Assembly: GCA_951406725.2 (NCBI GenBank)
Contig: OX597837.1
Coordinates: 16,678,001 to 16,742,000 of the forward strand
Length of the DNA stretch: 64,000 nt
From: Octopus vulgaris
Lineage: Eukaryota
Direction: 5' to 3'
Below, one piece after another: positions 28,626 through 44,080 of the stretch. Below the pieces are notes generated by a model. That model saw only the letters and a list, made by a program, of their open reading frames with translations, made no database searches and was not told the origin of the DNA. Positions within the stretch are counted from its first letter, which is position 1; each line of letters starts with the position of its first letter. The position numbers were made by a program, and so were the translations under genes.

Positions 28626-31116
28626 GTAGCAGTAAGAGTGGCTACGTAGCTTGCTTTCCAAACACGGTGTTTCTGGTTCTGTCCAACTACGTGGCCCCAT
28701 GGGCAAGTGTCTTCCAATATAGCCTCGGACAGACCAACGTTTCTGAGTAGATTTGGTACACCGAAACAGAAAGTAGCCCGTGGTATATAGATAGGTGTGT
28801 GTATATATATATATATATATATACATACATATATATATAGAGAGAGACATAGGTATGTATTGACAGATATATGTATATACGTATAGATATTTAAACATAT
28901 ATGGGATGGCCATAATGGGACATCCGACTCACTAGAGAGAGCAGTTAAACTCCAAAAAATCGTAAAATCTATGTCATGTCTGAATAATATATTCGAAAGT
29001 TACTTCCTCTTGCTCATTATAATTTATTAAAAGTAATATAAATATATGTAAGGAAAGTAACTCTGGAAGATGTTATCTAGTTATCTCTCTTCCGAGAGTT
29101 AATTTCCCTGCAATTTTTTTTATTGTTAAATTATAATATTCAAGGGAAGTAACTGTAGAAGATACCTTGTAGTTATCTCCCTTAAGTATGTAGTTATCGT
29201 AATATACACTTTGTCACTCTTAGACACTTTCAGGTATTTCACTGTTACCATGGTGGAGCACCGCCTTTAGTGAAGCAAATCAACCCCAGGAATTATTCTT
29301 TGTATGCCTATTACTTAATGTATAGGTCTCTTTTGCAGAACCGATAAGTTACGGGGACGTAATGTTCGATATACTGATTTAGTAGGTATTTATTGTAAGA
29401 ATTTCAATTATCATAAATTATGGGCTAGGAAAAATACTAAAAACTTTTTTGATAGACCTATTGGGGCTCCTTGTGTGTGTGGGACTGTTTTTATTTATGT
29501 GAGTGTGGGTATTTTCATTTCAGTGTTTGTGTGTTTGTATGAGTGTTTTTATCTCTGTGTGCACGAGTGTGTGAGCGACTGTGTGTTTCTATTTGTGTGT
29601 GTGCGACACTTACAACTACAACAAACACATTGACCATTTCTAAGATACCCACATTTGAGATCACTAACTACTAAATCAAAATAAGTTCAACTTATTCCAC
29701 CTTTAGTGGCTTTAGATGTTGCTCATATTTTTCCCATGTGTCGTCAATGTATTAATTTCACAAGTGGATGATAGAAATTCTAATACTGGCGTGGAGGGAG
29801 CTGATATTCTAACTGCGAGTGCAAAGCACCCAATGCCCCTCTACATTCTGAATAAATTGAATGTTTATGCTAGTTAGGGTTTTATGTGTGAATGTGTAAC
29901 TGCGTTTTCATTTCTGTGTGACAATTTTCATTTCTATTTGTGTGTGTGCATGTGTAGGTATGTAACTGTTTTCATTTCAGTGTTTGTGTTTGTGTGAATG
30001 TTTTTATCTCTGTGTATACGTGTGTGTGAGCGTCTGTTTGTATGCGACAATTACAGCTACAACAAACACTTTAAGCATCTCTAAGATACCCACATTTGCA
30101 GATCCCTAAGTTCTAAATGAAAAGAATTTCAATTGCACCTTTAGTGACTCTAGATTTGCGAGTGTTAAGCACCCCGTATCTACATACCTGGATCGGCCAT
30201 AATTGGCCTCATTCGGAGATCTCTCGGGTGTGGAATATTTATGACTATAGAAGGTTACAGGTTTTGTTTATGGCTCAACTTTTGTAGATTTTGGGAAGTC
30301 CATAGATGTTACTGGCTTTGCAGTGAAATCTAGTCAAGCAATTTGTCTCCTTTTTTGTTAAACCGTGTTGGAACTGGTGGATAAGAGTAGACAGTTTGGT
30401 CATTATCTTCGATTGACTGTAGTTGTTGATGCTTTTAACCGATACAGGTGTGTTTTACTCCCTGTATTTTAGCGATTCGGCAAAAGAGAACAAGTTAGAA
30501 TAAATACTAGGCTTACAAAGAATATGTGCTGCGGACGATGTGCTCGATTAAAGGCGGCGCTCCAGTATATATATATAATGTATATATATATATATATATA
30601 TTTATATATACACATACAGATATACGTATATATACCCACACACGCATATATATATAATCTAAAACAAAAAAGAAACTTGATTATGTCCGAAGAGTAGTAC
30701 TAGATAACATTATTACTTTATTTGTGGGGTGTAGTGAAATATAAATGATCAGCTAGTCAATGTTTATTTGTTAAAGGTACCAGCAGATTACTTGATGTGT
30801 ATGTGTCTCTGTTGGTGTGCGCATGGTCGTGTCTTCTTTCGCTGGCGTAAAACGACCACACCTATTACAGAAATTACAATATGAAACGTATTATATGACG
30901 TTTAGGAGATATTTTCAGCTATCTCCCTAGTGAACAGGTTATAGACTTTGGTCGCTATTTACTCTTTTACTCTCATTTACTTGTTTCAATCATTTAACTG
31001 GCCATGCTGAAACAACACCTTCAGTCGAGCATATCGACCCCAGGACTTCTTCTTTGTAGGCCTAGTTCTTATTCTAACAGTCTCTTTCGCTGAACCTGTA
31101 AGTTATGGGGTCCTAG

Positions 31117-31161
<45 letters not shown>

Positions 31162-34100
31162 TATAAAAGTACGTAGTCGCACACACAGATATGGAAATAC
31201 ACACATCCAACCCTAACCCAGTTTCATCTCCCTTTGGCATTTAAACTTAAATATAAAAATGAATCTCAAACCAAGGAAAGTAACTCCCTCTACATCCCCT
31301 ACTTGACGAGTTACATCCGTTGATTGATACTAATACAATTTAACATTAGGATACGTAAATAGTGTTTGAATAATAATAGGTTGGAATGGATTAGGGTTAG
31401 GTTTAGGTTTAGAAGACAATTGGACAAGATGCGAGGCAGTGGGAATGAAACTGAACCCATGTGGTTCGTAGGCAAACTACTTACCACATAGCCATTCCTG
31501 CGCCGATATTCATATATACGACGGGCTTCTTTCAGTTTCCCTCTACCAACCCTACTCAGAATACATTGGTCGGCCCGGGGGTATAGTTGAATACACTTGC
31601 CGAAGGTGCAACGCTGTTGGATTGAACCCAGCACATTGAGGTTGGTGAGCAAACACTCTCACACACATGCGCGAGCGCAAACAGACACAGAGATGAAAGC
31701 ACACATATTGGCTGACCCAGACACTCATGAAATTTCTTCAGAGTGTCACGGTTTTAAAGTCAACTTATTGAAAACATAAAATAGCTTTGCATGTATCTAT
31801 GTGCATGAGTGCGGAAGTGTGGGTATTTGTGCGTGTGTGAGCACAGTCCACACATACCTAAGGTTGTCACATCGGCTAATGTGACCCAACCGCGAAAGTC
31901 TGTTTTACCCAGACATACACATACAGATATATGTGTATATACCCACGCACGTATATGTAGTGTCTAAAACAAAAAAGAAACTAAGGGATGGAACGGGAGT
32001 TCTTTCCGTTTTATTAAGAAAACTTGCATCTGTATGTGTGATAGTACGTGCGTGCATTCTCGTGTGCCCTTCGAGTGCGAACAAACACACACACACACAC
32101 ACACACACATTTAAACATATATACGATGGTATTTTTTCAGTTTCCTTCCACTAAATCCAATCACAAGGATTAGGTCGGCCTTGGGGTACAGTAGTAGACA
32201 ATTGCATAAGATGACAGGCAGTATGAGTGAACAGCAAACCATGTGGTTCGCAAGCGAACTACTTTACAACATAGCCATTGCTACGCCGATATTCATTTAT
32301 ACGACGGATTCTTTCAGTTTCCCTCTACACACTCCACTCAGAATACTTTGGTCGGCCCAAGGCTATAGTTGAATACACTTGCCGAAGGTGCAACGCTGTT
32401 GGTTTGAACTCATTGCATTGCGTTTCATGAGCAATCATTCTCACAGAAATGCGCGCACAGACACAGAATATCACGGTTTAAAGGTCAACATGTTTAAAAC
32501 ATAAATAGCTACGAGTTTGCATACATGCATGTCTCTATGTGCATGGGTGCGGACGTGTGTTTCCAGAATGTCTCAGTTTTAAGGTCAACATATTTAAAAC
32601 ATAAATAGGTACGAGATTGCGTCTTTGCATGTATCTATATTCGTGGGTGCGGACGTGTGAGTGTTTGTGCGTGTGTGAGCACAGTCCACCTATACCCAAG
32701 GTGGTTGCATTGTCTTATGGGAACCAGCCGTGAAAGTTCCGGACCCCATTAATGAACTCATTTGCATACAAACAAGTAGGGCTCACCTTGAAATTGTCCG
32801 GTTAACAAACAGTAGTTTCTGAATGGGAATTAGCTTGCTTACCTAACAAATGTTTCCGAGTTCAGTCCCACTGGGTGGCATGTTGGGCAAATGTCTTCTA
32901 CTATAGTCTCGGGCTGACCAAAGCCTTGTGAGTGGATTTGGGAGACGGAAACTAAAAGAAGACTGTCGTATATATATATGTAGCAGTAAGAGTAGCTTGC
33001 TTTCCAAACACGGTGATTCTGGTTCTGTCCAACTACGTGGCCCCATGGGCAAGTGTCTTCCAATATAGCCTCGGACAGACCAACATTTCTGAGTAGATTT
33101 GGTACACGGAAACAGAAAGTAGCCCGTCGTATATAGATAGGTGTATATATATATATATAATATATAGAGAGAGAGAGAAAGAGAGAGACATAAGTATATA
33201 TTGACAGATATATGTATATGCATTTAGATATTTTAACATATAAGGGATGGCCATAATGGGACATCCGACTCACTAGAGAGAGCAGTTAAACTCCAAAATA
33301 GCGTAAAAGATTGTCATGTCTGAATAATATTTTCGAGAGTTATTTCCCCTGGATATTATAATTTAAATAAAAGTAGTATAATTATATGTAAGGAAAGTAA
33401 CTGTGGAAGATGTTATCTAGTTATCTCCCTTCCGAGAGTTAATTTCCTTAAATATTATTTTATTATTGTTAAATTTTAATATTTAAGGGAAGTAACTGTA
33501 GAAGATACTTTGTAGTTATTTCCCTTAAGTATGTAGTTATCGTAATATAGACTTTGTCGCTCTTTGACCCTTTCATGGTGGGGCACCGCCTTTAGTCAAA
33601 CAAATCAACCCCAGCAATTATTCTTTGTATGCCTATTACTTAACGTATAGGTCTCTTTTGCAGAACCGATAAGTTACGGGGACATAATGTTCGATGTACT
33701 GATTTAGTAGGTATTTATTTACTATTAGAACTTCAATTGTCATAAATTATGGGCTAGGAAAATACTAGAAACTTTTTTGATATACCTATTGGGGCTCCTT
33801 GTGTGTGTGGGACTGTTTTTATTTATGTGAGTGTGGGTATTTTCATTTCAGTGTTTTGTGTGTGTGTGTGAGAGAGTGCTTTTTTCTGTGTGCGCGAGTG
33901 TGTGAGCGACTGAGTGTTTCTATTTGTTTGTGTGTGTGCGACACTTACAAATGCAACAAGCACTTTGACCATTTCTAAGATACCCACATTTGAGATCACT
34001 AAGTACTAAATCAAAATAAGTTCAATTTATTGCACCTTTAGTGACTTGAGATGTTGCTCATATTTTTCCCATGTGTCGACAATGTATTAATTTCACAAGT

Positions 34101-35570
34101 GGATAAAAGAAATTCTCATACTGGCGTGGAGGGGGCTGATATTCTAACTGCGAGTTCAAAGCACCCAATGCCTCTTTACATTCTGAATGAATTGTATGTT
34201 TGTGCTAGTTAGGGTTTTATGTGTGAGTGTGTAACTGCGTTTTCATTTCTATGTGTGGGTGCTTATGTTTGTGTGTGTGCGTGTTTGTGCGTATGTTAGT
34301 GTGTGAGAGTTTGGATGTGTTACCGTATTTTCCATTTCTGTCTGTGTTTGTGCATGTGTTGGTATGTAACTGTTTTCATTTCTGTGTTTGTCCGCGTGTT
34401 TGAGTGTGTGAATATGTATCTGTATTTTTATTTGTGTGTTTGTCTTTGTGCGTATGTGAGTGCTTTTGTGAGAATTTTTTTTCAGTGTTTGTGTGCGTGG
34501 GACTTTTTATATGTGTGTGTGTTGCTATTTTCATTTCAGTGTCTGTGTTTGTGTGAATGTTTTTATTTTTGTGTGTACGTGTGTGTGAGCGACTGTGTTT
34601 TTATTCGTTTGTGTGTGTGCGACAATTACAGCTACAACAAACACTTTAAGCATCTCCAAGATACCCACATTTGCAGATCCCTAAGTTCTAAATGAAACTT
34701 TGCGAGTGTTAAGCACCCTATGTGTTAAGCACCCAATGTGTTAAGCACCCAATGCGTTAAGCACCCAATGCCTCCCGTATCTACATACCTGGATTGGCCA
34801 TAATTGGCCTCATTCGGAGATCTCTCGGGTGTGGAATATTTATAACTATAGAAGTTAACTTGTTACAGGTTTTGTTTATGGCTTAATTTTGTAAATTTTG
34901 GGAAGTTCATAGATGTTACTGGCTTTGCAGTGAAATCTAGTCAAGCAATTTGTCTCCTTTTTTGTTAAATCGTGTTGGAACTGGTGGATAAGAGTAGACA
35001 GTTTGGTCATTACCTTCGAACGACTGTAGCTGTTTTACTCCCTGTATTTTAGTGGTTCGGCAAAAGAGAATAAGTTAGAATAAATACTAGGCTTACAAAG
35101 AAGTGCTGCGGACGATGTGATCGACTAAAGGCGGCGCTCCAGGATTTATATATATATATATATACTTACAGATATACGTGTATATACCCACATACGCATA
35201 TATACTATATAAAACAAAAAAGAAACTTGATTATGTCATTATTACTTTATTACAGATATTACAACATGAAGCGTATTATATGACGTTAGGGAAGTAACTC
35301 TAGGAGATATTTTCTGCTATCTCCCTAGTGAACAGGTCATGGACTTTTCTCGTTATTTACTCTTTTACTCTCATTTGTTTCAGTCATTTGACTTTGGCCA
35401 TGTTGGAGCACAACCTTTAGTCGAGAATATCGACCCCAGGACTTATTCATTGTAGGCATAGTGCTTATTCTATCAGTCTCTTTCGCTGAACCTCTAAGTT
35501 ATGGGGACGTAGACAGACTAGCATCCGTTGTGTAGCAATGTTTGGGGACAAACAGACATAAGCACACACA
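26390..35570 (+). repeat. Tandem segmental duplication of a SINE-rich subtelomere-like unit
   Basis: 26390-27475, 28018-29095 and 32425-33440 align; 27560-31110 aligns with 31920-35520 (period about 4.35 kb); a further partial copy at 56690-57885. Confidence 0.9.
34706..34771 (+). repeat. 16-bp tandem repeat x4 (GTGTTAAGCACCCAAT)
   Basis: Directly visible; single copy in paralogs near 30162 and 56931. Confidence 0.9.
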
Positions 35571-36262
35571 AGTTGACGATGACACCGAAATATCTCTCTG
35601 TGTCTGAATTATACCGGTGGCACCAACGAAAAATCCCTTTCTTTCTCTGTGCTGGGAGAAAAGAAAATTTACTATAAAAACAAACCCCCAGCCCTCCCTC
35701 CAACGTATAATTTACTTTAAAAAGAAATACTTTAAAAGGGAAAAAAGGGAAAAACGTGAGAAAAAAAAAGAAAAATTAATAATCTAATTTAACAATAGAC
35801 AAAACATGTGCCTTCTCGCACATTAACACAGTTTTCACACATATACAAACATGCGCAGATGCAATTATTGAAGTACTAAATGGCACGTCAAATGATATTT
35901 AATCGTGTGGAACATGTTACATGCATATCAATATTCTAAAGTTTGGACATACTATCCCTTATCCTAAAGCTGCTTCAGACAATTAGGAAGGGTTCCCGAC
36001 TCGTTGCACCGTCTGCTTTCAATCTTGGATTGTGATTCGGCTCAGCCCAAACTCTCTCAGTTTTTGTCTGCTGTTGCCTACTCCTACAAGGATTGCACCT
36101 GTTTTTTGTTCCTGATTTAACCCCGATTTGTCCTAGAGCCCATAGAAGATTGTTTTTAGTCAACCATCCATCATCTCAGCTACCTACGCATCGAAACTGA
36201 GATCTGCAAGTAGGGCTTCTCATCAAGATGATGGTCCTACCAATAGTCAACTCAACGAACAG

Positions 36263-37630
36263 TTGCTGTTGCTCAAACAAGAGGTTGAGCACCTAAAGTC
36301 TGTTGTTGCTCTCTTACTGAATAAACAGTCTCCTGTTGACGCAGAGTCACCCTTGATTTCTTCCCTGGAGACGTCCAAACCGAAGGGAACAAAATCGAGG
36401 CGGCCAAAGAAGGCGAAGGAACCGGCGGTCGTTTCTGCACATGATCGTTCCCGTGTGGATTCTTCCTCATCTGCCTTTTCGGTCCCGGAGGTTCCCCAAC
36501 CTAATTTGAGGAGCGTAGACTCAAACCCACCTGAAGACCGTTGTTCTCCCCAAAAGAAGAAACGTCAAAACTCCAGTGGGGCGGATTTAGCTATGAAACC
36601 TGACCACGATAAACGGTCTCCTGTGGACGCAGAGTCACCCTTGATTTCTTCCCTGGAGACGTCCAAACCGAAGGGAACAAAATCGAAGCGGCCAAAGAAG
36701 GCGAAGGAACCGGCGGTCGTTCCTGCACATGATCGTTCCTGTGCAGATTCTTCCTCATCTGCCTTTTCGGTCCCGGAGGTTCCCCAACCTAGTTCGAGGA
36801 GCGTAGACTCAAACCCACCTGAAGACCGTTGTTCTCCCCAAAAGAAGAAACGTAGTCAAAACTCCAGAGGGGCAGATTTGGCTATGAAACCTGATCACGA
36901 TAAAATCTGTTTGGATTCTCCTTCACTTGTCCTTCCCATTAATGCCATTGCTCAACCAATTCTGAACGATCTCGATGTGGGTTCATCTGGGGAGTGGTGC
37001 TCCCCCAAACCGAAGAAGAGGCAGTGCAGTTCCAAACCAGGCGGGAAAATTATGACCACTAAATCCATTCTGATCGACCCCACAGGCCGACATAAGTCCG
37101 ATGGCTATGAAACCACCCTTTCGAAATCCTCCAATGAAGAATCGAATACCGCAGCTCATAGTAGAGAACTTTTTGCCCACTCTAGATCGGCAATAATATA
37201 TGGCAATGCTGAATCCACCTGTGATACAGGCATAAACCGCCTAAAAGATGACATTAATTTTGTTTCCGTTTTGGTTGGAAAATTGTTCTCTGTGAACGAA
37301 AATGTCAGTGTTCTTAAGGTCGCTCGGCTAGGAAGATTCCAAGCGAACCCAACTGCAGATACTAGACCACGCCCAATAAGGGTAATCTTTTCTTCTGATC
37401 GGGAGGCTTCAGTCTTTCTGAACAGAGCTCAGACGCATGCCTGGGAGGACCCCAATATGGGTTTTCGCGAGGAATACTCACTAAGAGAGAGAATTCGCCG
37501 GAGGAACCTGATATCCGAGCTAAAGATGAGGAAACAAATGGGAGAGAAGGGTTTACGAATCCAAGATGGACAGATAATCAAGTCCTACCTCTGGTCCCAT
37601 GCTGTAGTGCTGACAGGGAAAGTGATGTGA
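36263..37630 (+). CDS. LINE ORF1 protein (short coiled-coil, duplicated 96-aa S/K/P-rich segment, C-terminal RRM-like ORF1 domain)
   Basis: AIIYGNAES..RLGR..RPRPIRVIF..YSLRERIRRRNL..ELKMRKQMGEKGLRIQDGQI is typical CR1-group ORF1; frame open from 36146; no AUG at the 5' end. Confidence 0.8.
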   Translation: MLLLKQEVEHLKSVVALLLNKQSPVDAESPLISSLETSKPKGTKSRRPKKAKEPAVVSAHDRSRVDSSSSAFSVPEVPQPNLRSVDSNPPEDRCSPQKKKRQNSSGADLAMKPDHDKRSPVDAESPLISSLETSKPKGTKSKRPKKAKEPAVVPAHDRSCADSSSSAFSVPEVPQPSSRSVDSNPPEDRCSPQKKKRSQNSRGADLAMKPDHDKICLDSPSLVLPINAIAQPILNDLDVGSSGEWCSPKPKKRQCSSKPGGKIMTTKSILIDPTGRHKSDGYETTLSKSSNEESNTAAHSRELFAHSRSAIIYGNAESTCDTGINRLKDDINFVSVLVGKLFSVNENVSVLKVARLGRFQANPTADTRPRPIRVIFSSDREASVFLNRAQTHAWEDPNMGFREEYSLRERIRRRNLISELKMRKQMGEKGLRIQDGQIIKSYLWSHAVVLTGKVM

Positions 37631-40512
37631 GGGCAAATCGAAGTGAAGTTGATACCCCCGTCAACGATGCTATCTCTGATGCCCTTTATTCTGCTTGTTC
37701 CCCAACTCCCGCCCCTCAGACTTCACAGCTCAGCATCGTCTACACCAACTCGTGCTCCTTATTCCCAAAGTTCAGTGAACTATTTACACTGGCCCTACGC
37801 GACTCCCCTGATGTGATAGCTATCACCGAGACTTGGCTGACTCCAGCAGTAAAGGACTCAGAGATCCACCTGCAGGGCTATGTCCTTTTCAGATGTGACA
37901 GAGGAAAAAGGCGAGGTGGAGGTGTTGCTGTGTATGTTAAGTCTGAGCACAAACCGTCCTGCGGTATTCTACCCACAAATGCTCAACCTACAACCAAATT
38001 CGATGCCGTCTATTGCAAGCTGAGCCTATCTGAGTTTTGCCTGCCCGTGTTGGCTGTCTACAGGCCGCCTCTAGCCGACCCCCAGGACGATGCTCATCTA
38101 CTCGAAGCGATAAGATTCGTTTCAGCTTCGCATGACTGCTTGGTACTAGGCGACTTCAACGCTCCCACGATCGATTGGCCCGCATCAATTTGTACAACAT
38201 CTTCCCGGTTCGGCCAGGCCCTTCTTGACGTGGCTGAAGATTGTTTTCTATCGCAACATGTTGAATATCCGACAAGGCATCAGTCTGGGCAGCAGCCATC
38301 TATGCTAGATCTGGTATTCTCCCGCTATCCAGGATCAGTGTCAGACGTATCTGTGTGCGCCCCTCTTGCCAAGAGTGATCATGCTGTCCTGAAGTTCGTC
38401 ATGCACACAACTTTTTCCACGCCCACGATTACTTCGCTGCCACGTAGAGTCTTCTCTGCAATTAATCTTGAAATTCTAACCGAGGCTTCCGCGCTTCTGG
38501 ACTGGCGTTCCCTGATGACGTCCTCAGTTGACGAACTATGGTCATCCCTCAAAGCATATGTAATCTGTTTGACTGACCAGGCAGTTCCCGTTGGACTTCC
38601 CAAGAGGAAGAAACACAAGCCCTGGGTGACGAAGAAGGTTAAACGAGAACGTCGACTCAGAGATATTGCTTGGGCTGAATTCAAAAATCTGGATTCGACT
38701 GCAGCTTTTGAGGTGTACAAAACTCAACGAGACCGAGCCATGAAAATTGAAAAGAAAGAACGCTTCAGTTACGAATACAAAATCGCGGCAAATGCCAGTA
38801 GCAATCCAAAAACCTTCTTTGCCCATGTCCAGCGGAATTCCCGCTTGAACAACCAGATTGCAACGTTGGTAGACTCAACAGGCGTATCGATTGAGGACCC
38901 TTATCAACAGAGTCAATTATTTGCCGAGGCTTTTTCAACTATTTTCAAACAAGATGATGGTCGTGAACCCCCTCCATTTGATAGATCGGTACCTCCAATG
39001 CTTCGATTGATCATCACGCGGGACCAAGTCAAGCGTGTTATTCAAGGCCTCGATGTCAACAAGGGTCACGGCCCTGACGGCATACACCCACGGGTTATCA
39101 AAGCGTTGGCTCTGGTCATCTGCGAGCCCTTAACACGACTATTCAATATGTCATTGGCGACGGGTGTTATACCTGCAGACTGGAGAACAGCGATAATCTG
39201 CCCAATTTTCAAGAACGGGAGCCGCGAAGACCCGCTTAACTACCGACCGGTTTCCCTTACATCAATAATCAGCAAGATGTTCGAAACCATCCTTAAAAAA
39301 AGTATGATGCTCCACCTCCTAAACACAGCCTCGATCACTGATTCCCAACACGGCTTCGTGCCGAAGAGATCATGCTTGACCAACTTACTATTAATGGAAG
39401 AATTAGTGACGTGCATCCTCGATGATAGTGATGCTGTTGACATCGTTTTATTGGACTTTGCCAAAGCTTTTGACTCGGTAAACCACCGCCTACTACTTGT
39501 CAAGCTTCAAGCATATAGTTTCCATCCGGATATTGTACGATGGGTTGGTGCCTTCCTCTCAGATCGCTCCTTCCAAGTTCAAGTTAATGGTTCGCGGTCC
39601 AACGTCTCCAGTGCGAGCAGTGGCGTGCCTCAAGGTTCAGTGCTTGGGCCCTTGTTGTTCTTAGTCTTCATAAATGACTTGCCCGACGACCTCACGCAAC
39701 ACACCCTTCTATTTGCCGACGATATCAAACTGGTTGCTCCTCGCGGTAGTATAGAGGATCTTCGTCGATGCCTCCACCAAATTTGGAAGTGGTCTAACGA
39801 TTGGGACCTGTGTCTGAACGTGTCAAAGTGCTGTCATCTGCCTGTCGGCTCTACTCCTGCAACTCAACTTGATTTCGAGCCGGGTCGTCTGCTGCTGGAG
39901 AGGACCGATCAGGTAAAGGACCTGGGTATCTTGGTGGATTCCTCCTTTTCGCCTTCGGCCCAGTGCGTCCATGCTGCCAACAAATCGCGCGGAATTCTGT
40001 TTTTGATTCGACGGTCATTCGGAATGCTCACAGCAGCCATATTCCTGCCACTCTATGTCACGCTGGTGAGACCCATATTGGAGTATGGGATTCAAGCCTC
40101 TTCTCCTTATCTCCTCAAAGACTTACATCACCTCGAAAGAGTCCAGAGGCTGGCTACCCGCATGGTTCATGGTCTCAAAAATTTGTCCTACGAAGAAAGG
40201 CTGAGGACGCTCGACCTTTGTTCTCTTGAAAAACGCCGCCGCCGTGGTGATCTCATTCTCGCCCACAACATCATAAGCGGGAAGTGTAACCTCTCGAAAG
40301 AGCTGTTCTTCACTCCTGCTCCGGAGCGTCGGCTGCGGGGTCATTCCGAAAAGCTCTACCTGCGATGATTTCATCTCAATCGAAGGAGAGGTGCTTTCTC
40401 CGTCCGGGTTGCGGATCCGTGGAACAAGCTGCCAGACGAGATGGTGAAGATGCCGACGACCGCTTTGTTCAAAGCCTCCCTGGACCTCAAGTGGCCTGAA
40501 CTCTTTACATGA
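37627..40512 (+). pseudogene. LINE ORF2 (AP endonuclease + reverse transcriptase) with one premature TGA at 40366-40368
   Basis: YTNSCSL, ITETWL, GDFN, SDH; QHGF, DFAKAFD, GVPQGSVLGP, FADD; homology continues past the stop as FHLNRRRGAFSVRVADPWNKLP to TGA 40510-40512. Confidence 0.92.
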
Positions 40513-40846
40513 ACACCACCCTGTACTTAACTCCATGTCCCCCTACATGGCCTTGCTATTTGCTTTTGAGCCAAATTAACTAACTAACTAACTAACATAC
40601 ACACGTACACACATATATAAACATATACATGACTGCATTTTTCCAGTTTCCTTCCACCATATCCAATCACAAGGCTTTGGTCGGCTCGGGGCTATAGTTG
40701 ATTTTTCAAACGATGCTGGTGTGTTTTCCTCCCTGTATTTCAGCGGCTCATCAGAAAAGAATAAGTTAGAATAAATACTAGGCTTATAAAGAATAAGTCC
40801 TCGAAGAAGATAGATTGGTATATATATATATATATATATATATATT

Positions 40847-40987
40847 GGCGTTAGGAAGGGCATCCAGCTGTAGAAACACTGCCAGATCTGACTGGCCTGG
40901 TGCAGCCTTCGGGCTCCCCAGACCCCAGTTGAACCGTCCAGCCCATGCTAGCATGGAAAGCGGTCGTTAAATGATGATGATGATGAT
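40847..40987 (+). mobile_element. Extremely 5'-truncated RTE-type 3' end with (GAT)n tail inside (TA)n
   Basis: TGGCGTTAGGAAGGGCATCCAGC..CATGCTAGCATGGAAAGCGGTCGTTAAATGATGATGAT; TA on both sides. Confidence 0.75.

Positions 40988-44080
<3,093 letters not shown>

Larger units (their letters stand above)
35572..40595 (+). mobile_element. Near-full-length two-ORF CR1-like LINE with (TAAC)n tail, inserted into a SINE
   Basis: ORF1 plus APE-RT ORF2; tail at 40577-40595; flanks rejoin in the paralog at about 57640-57680; 5' boundary approximate. Confidence 0.85.
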
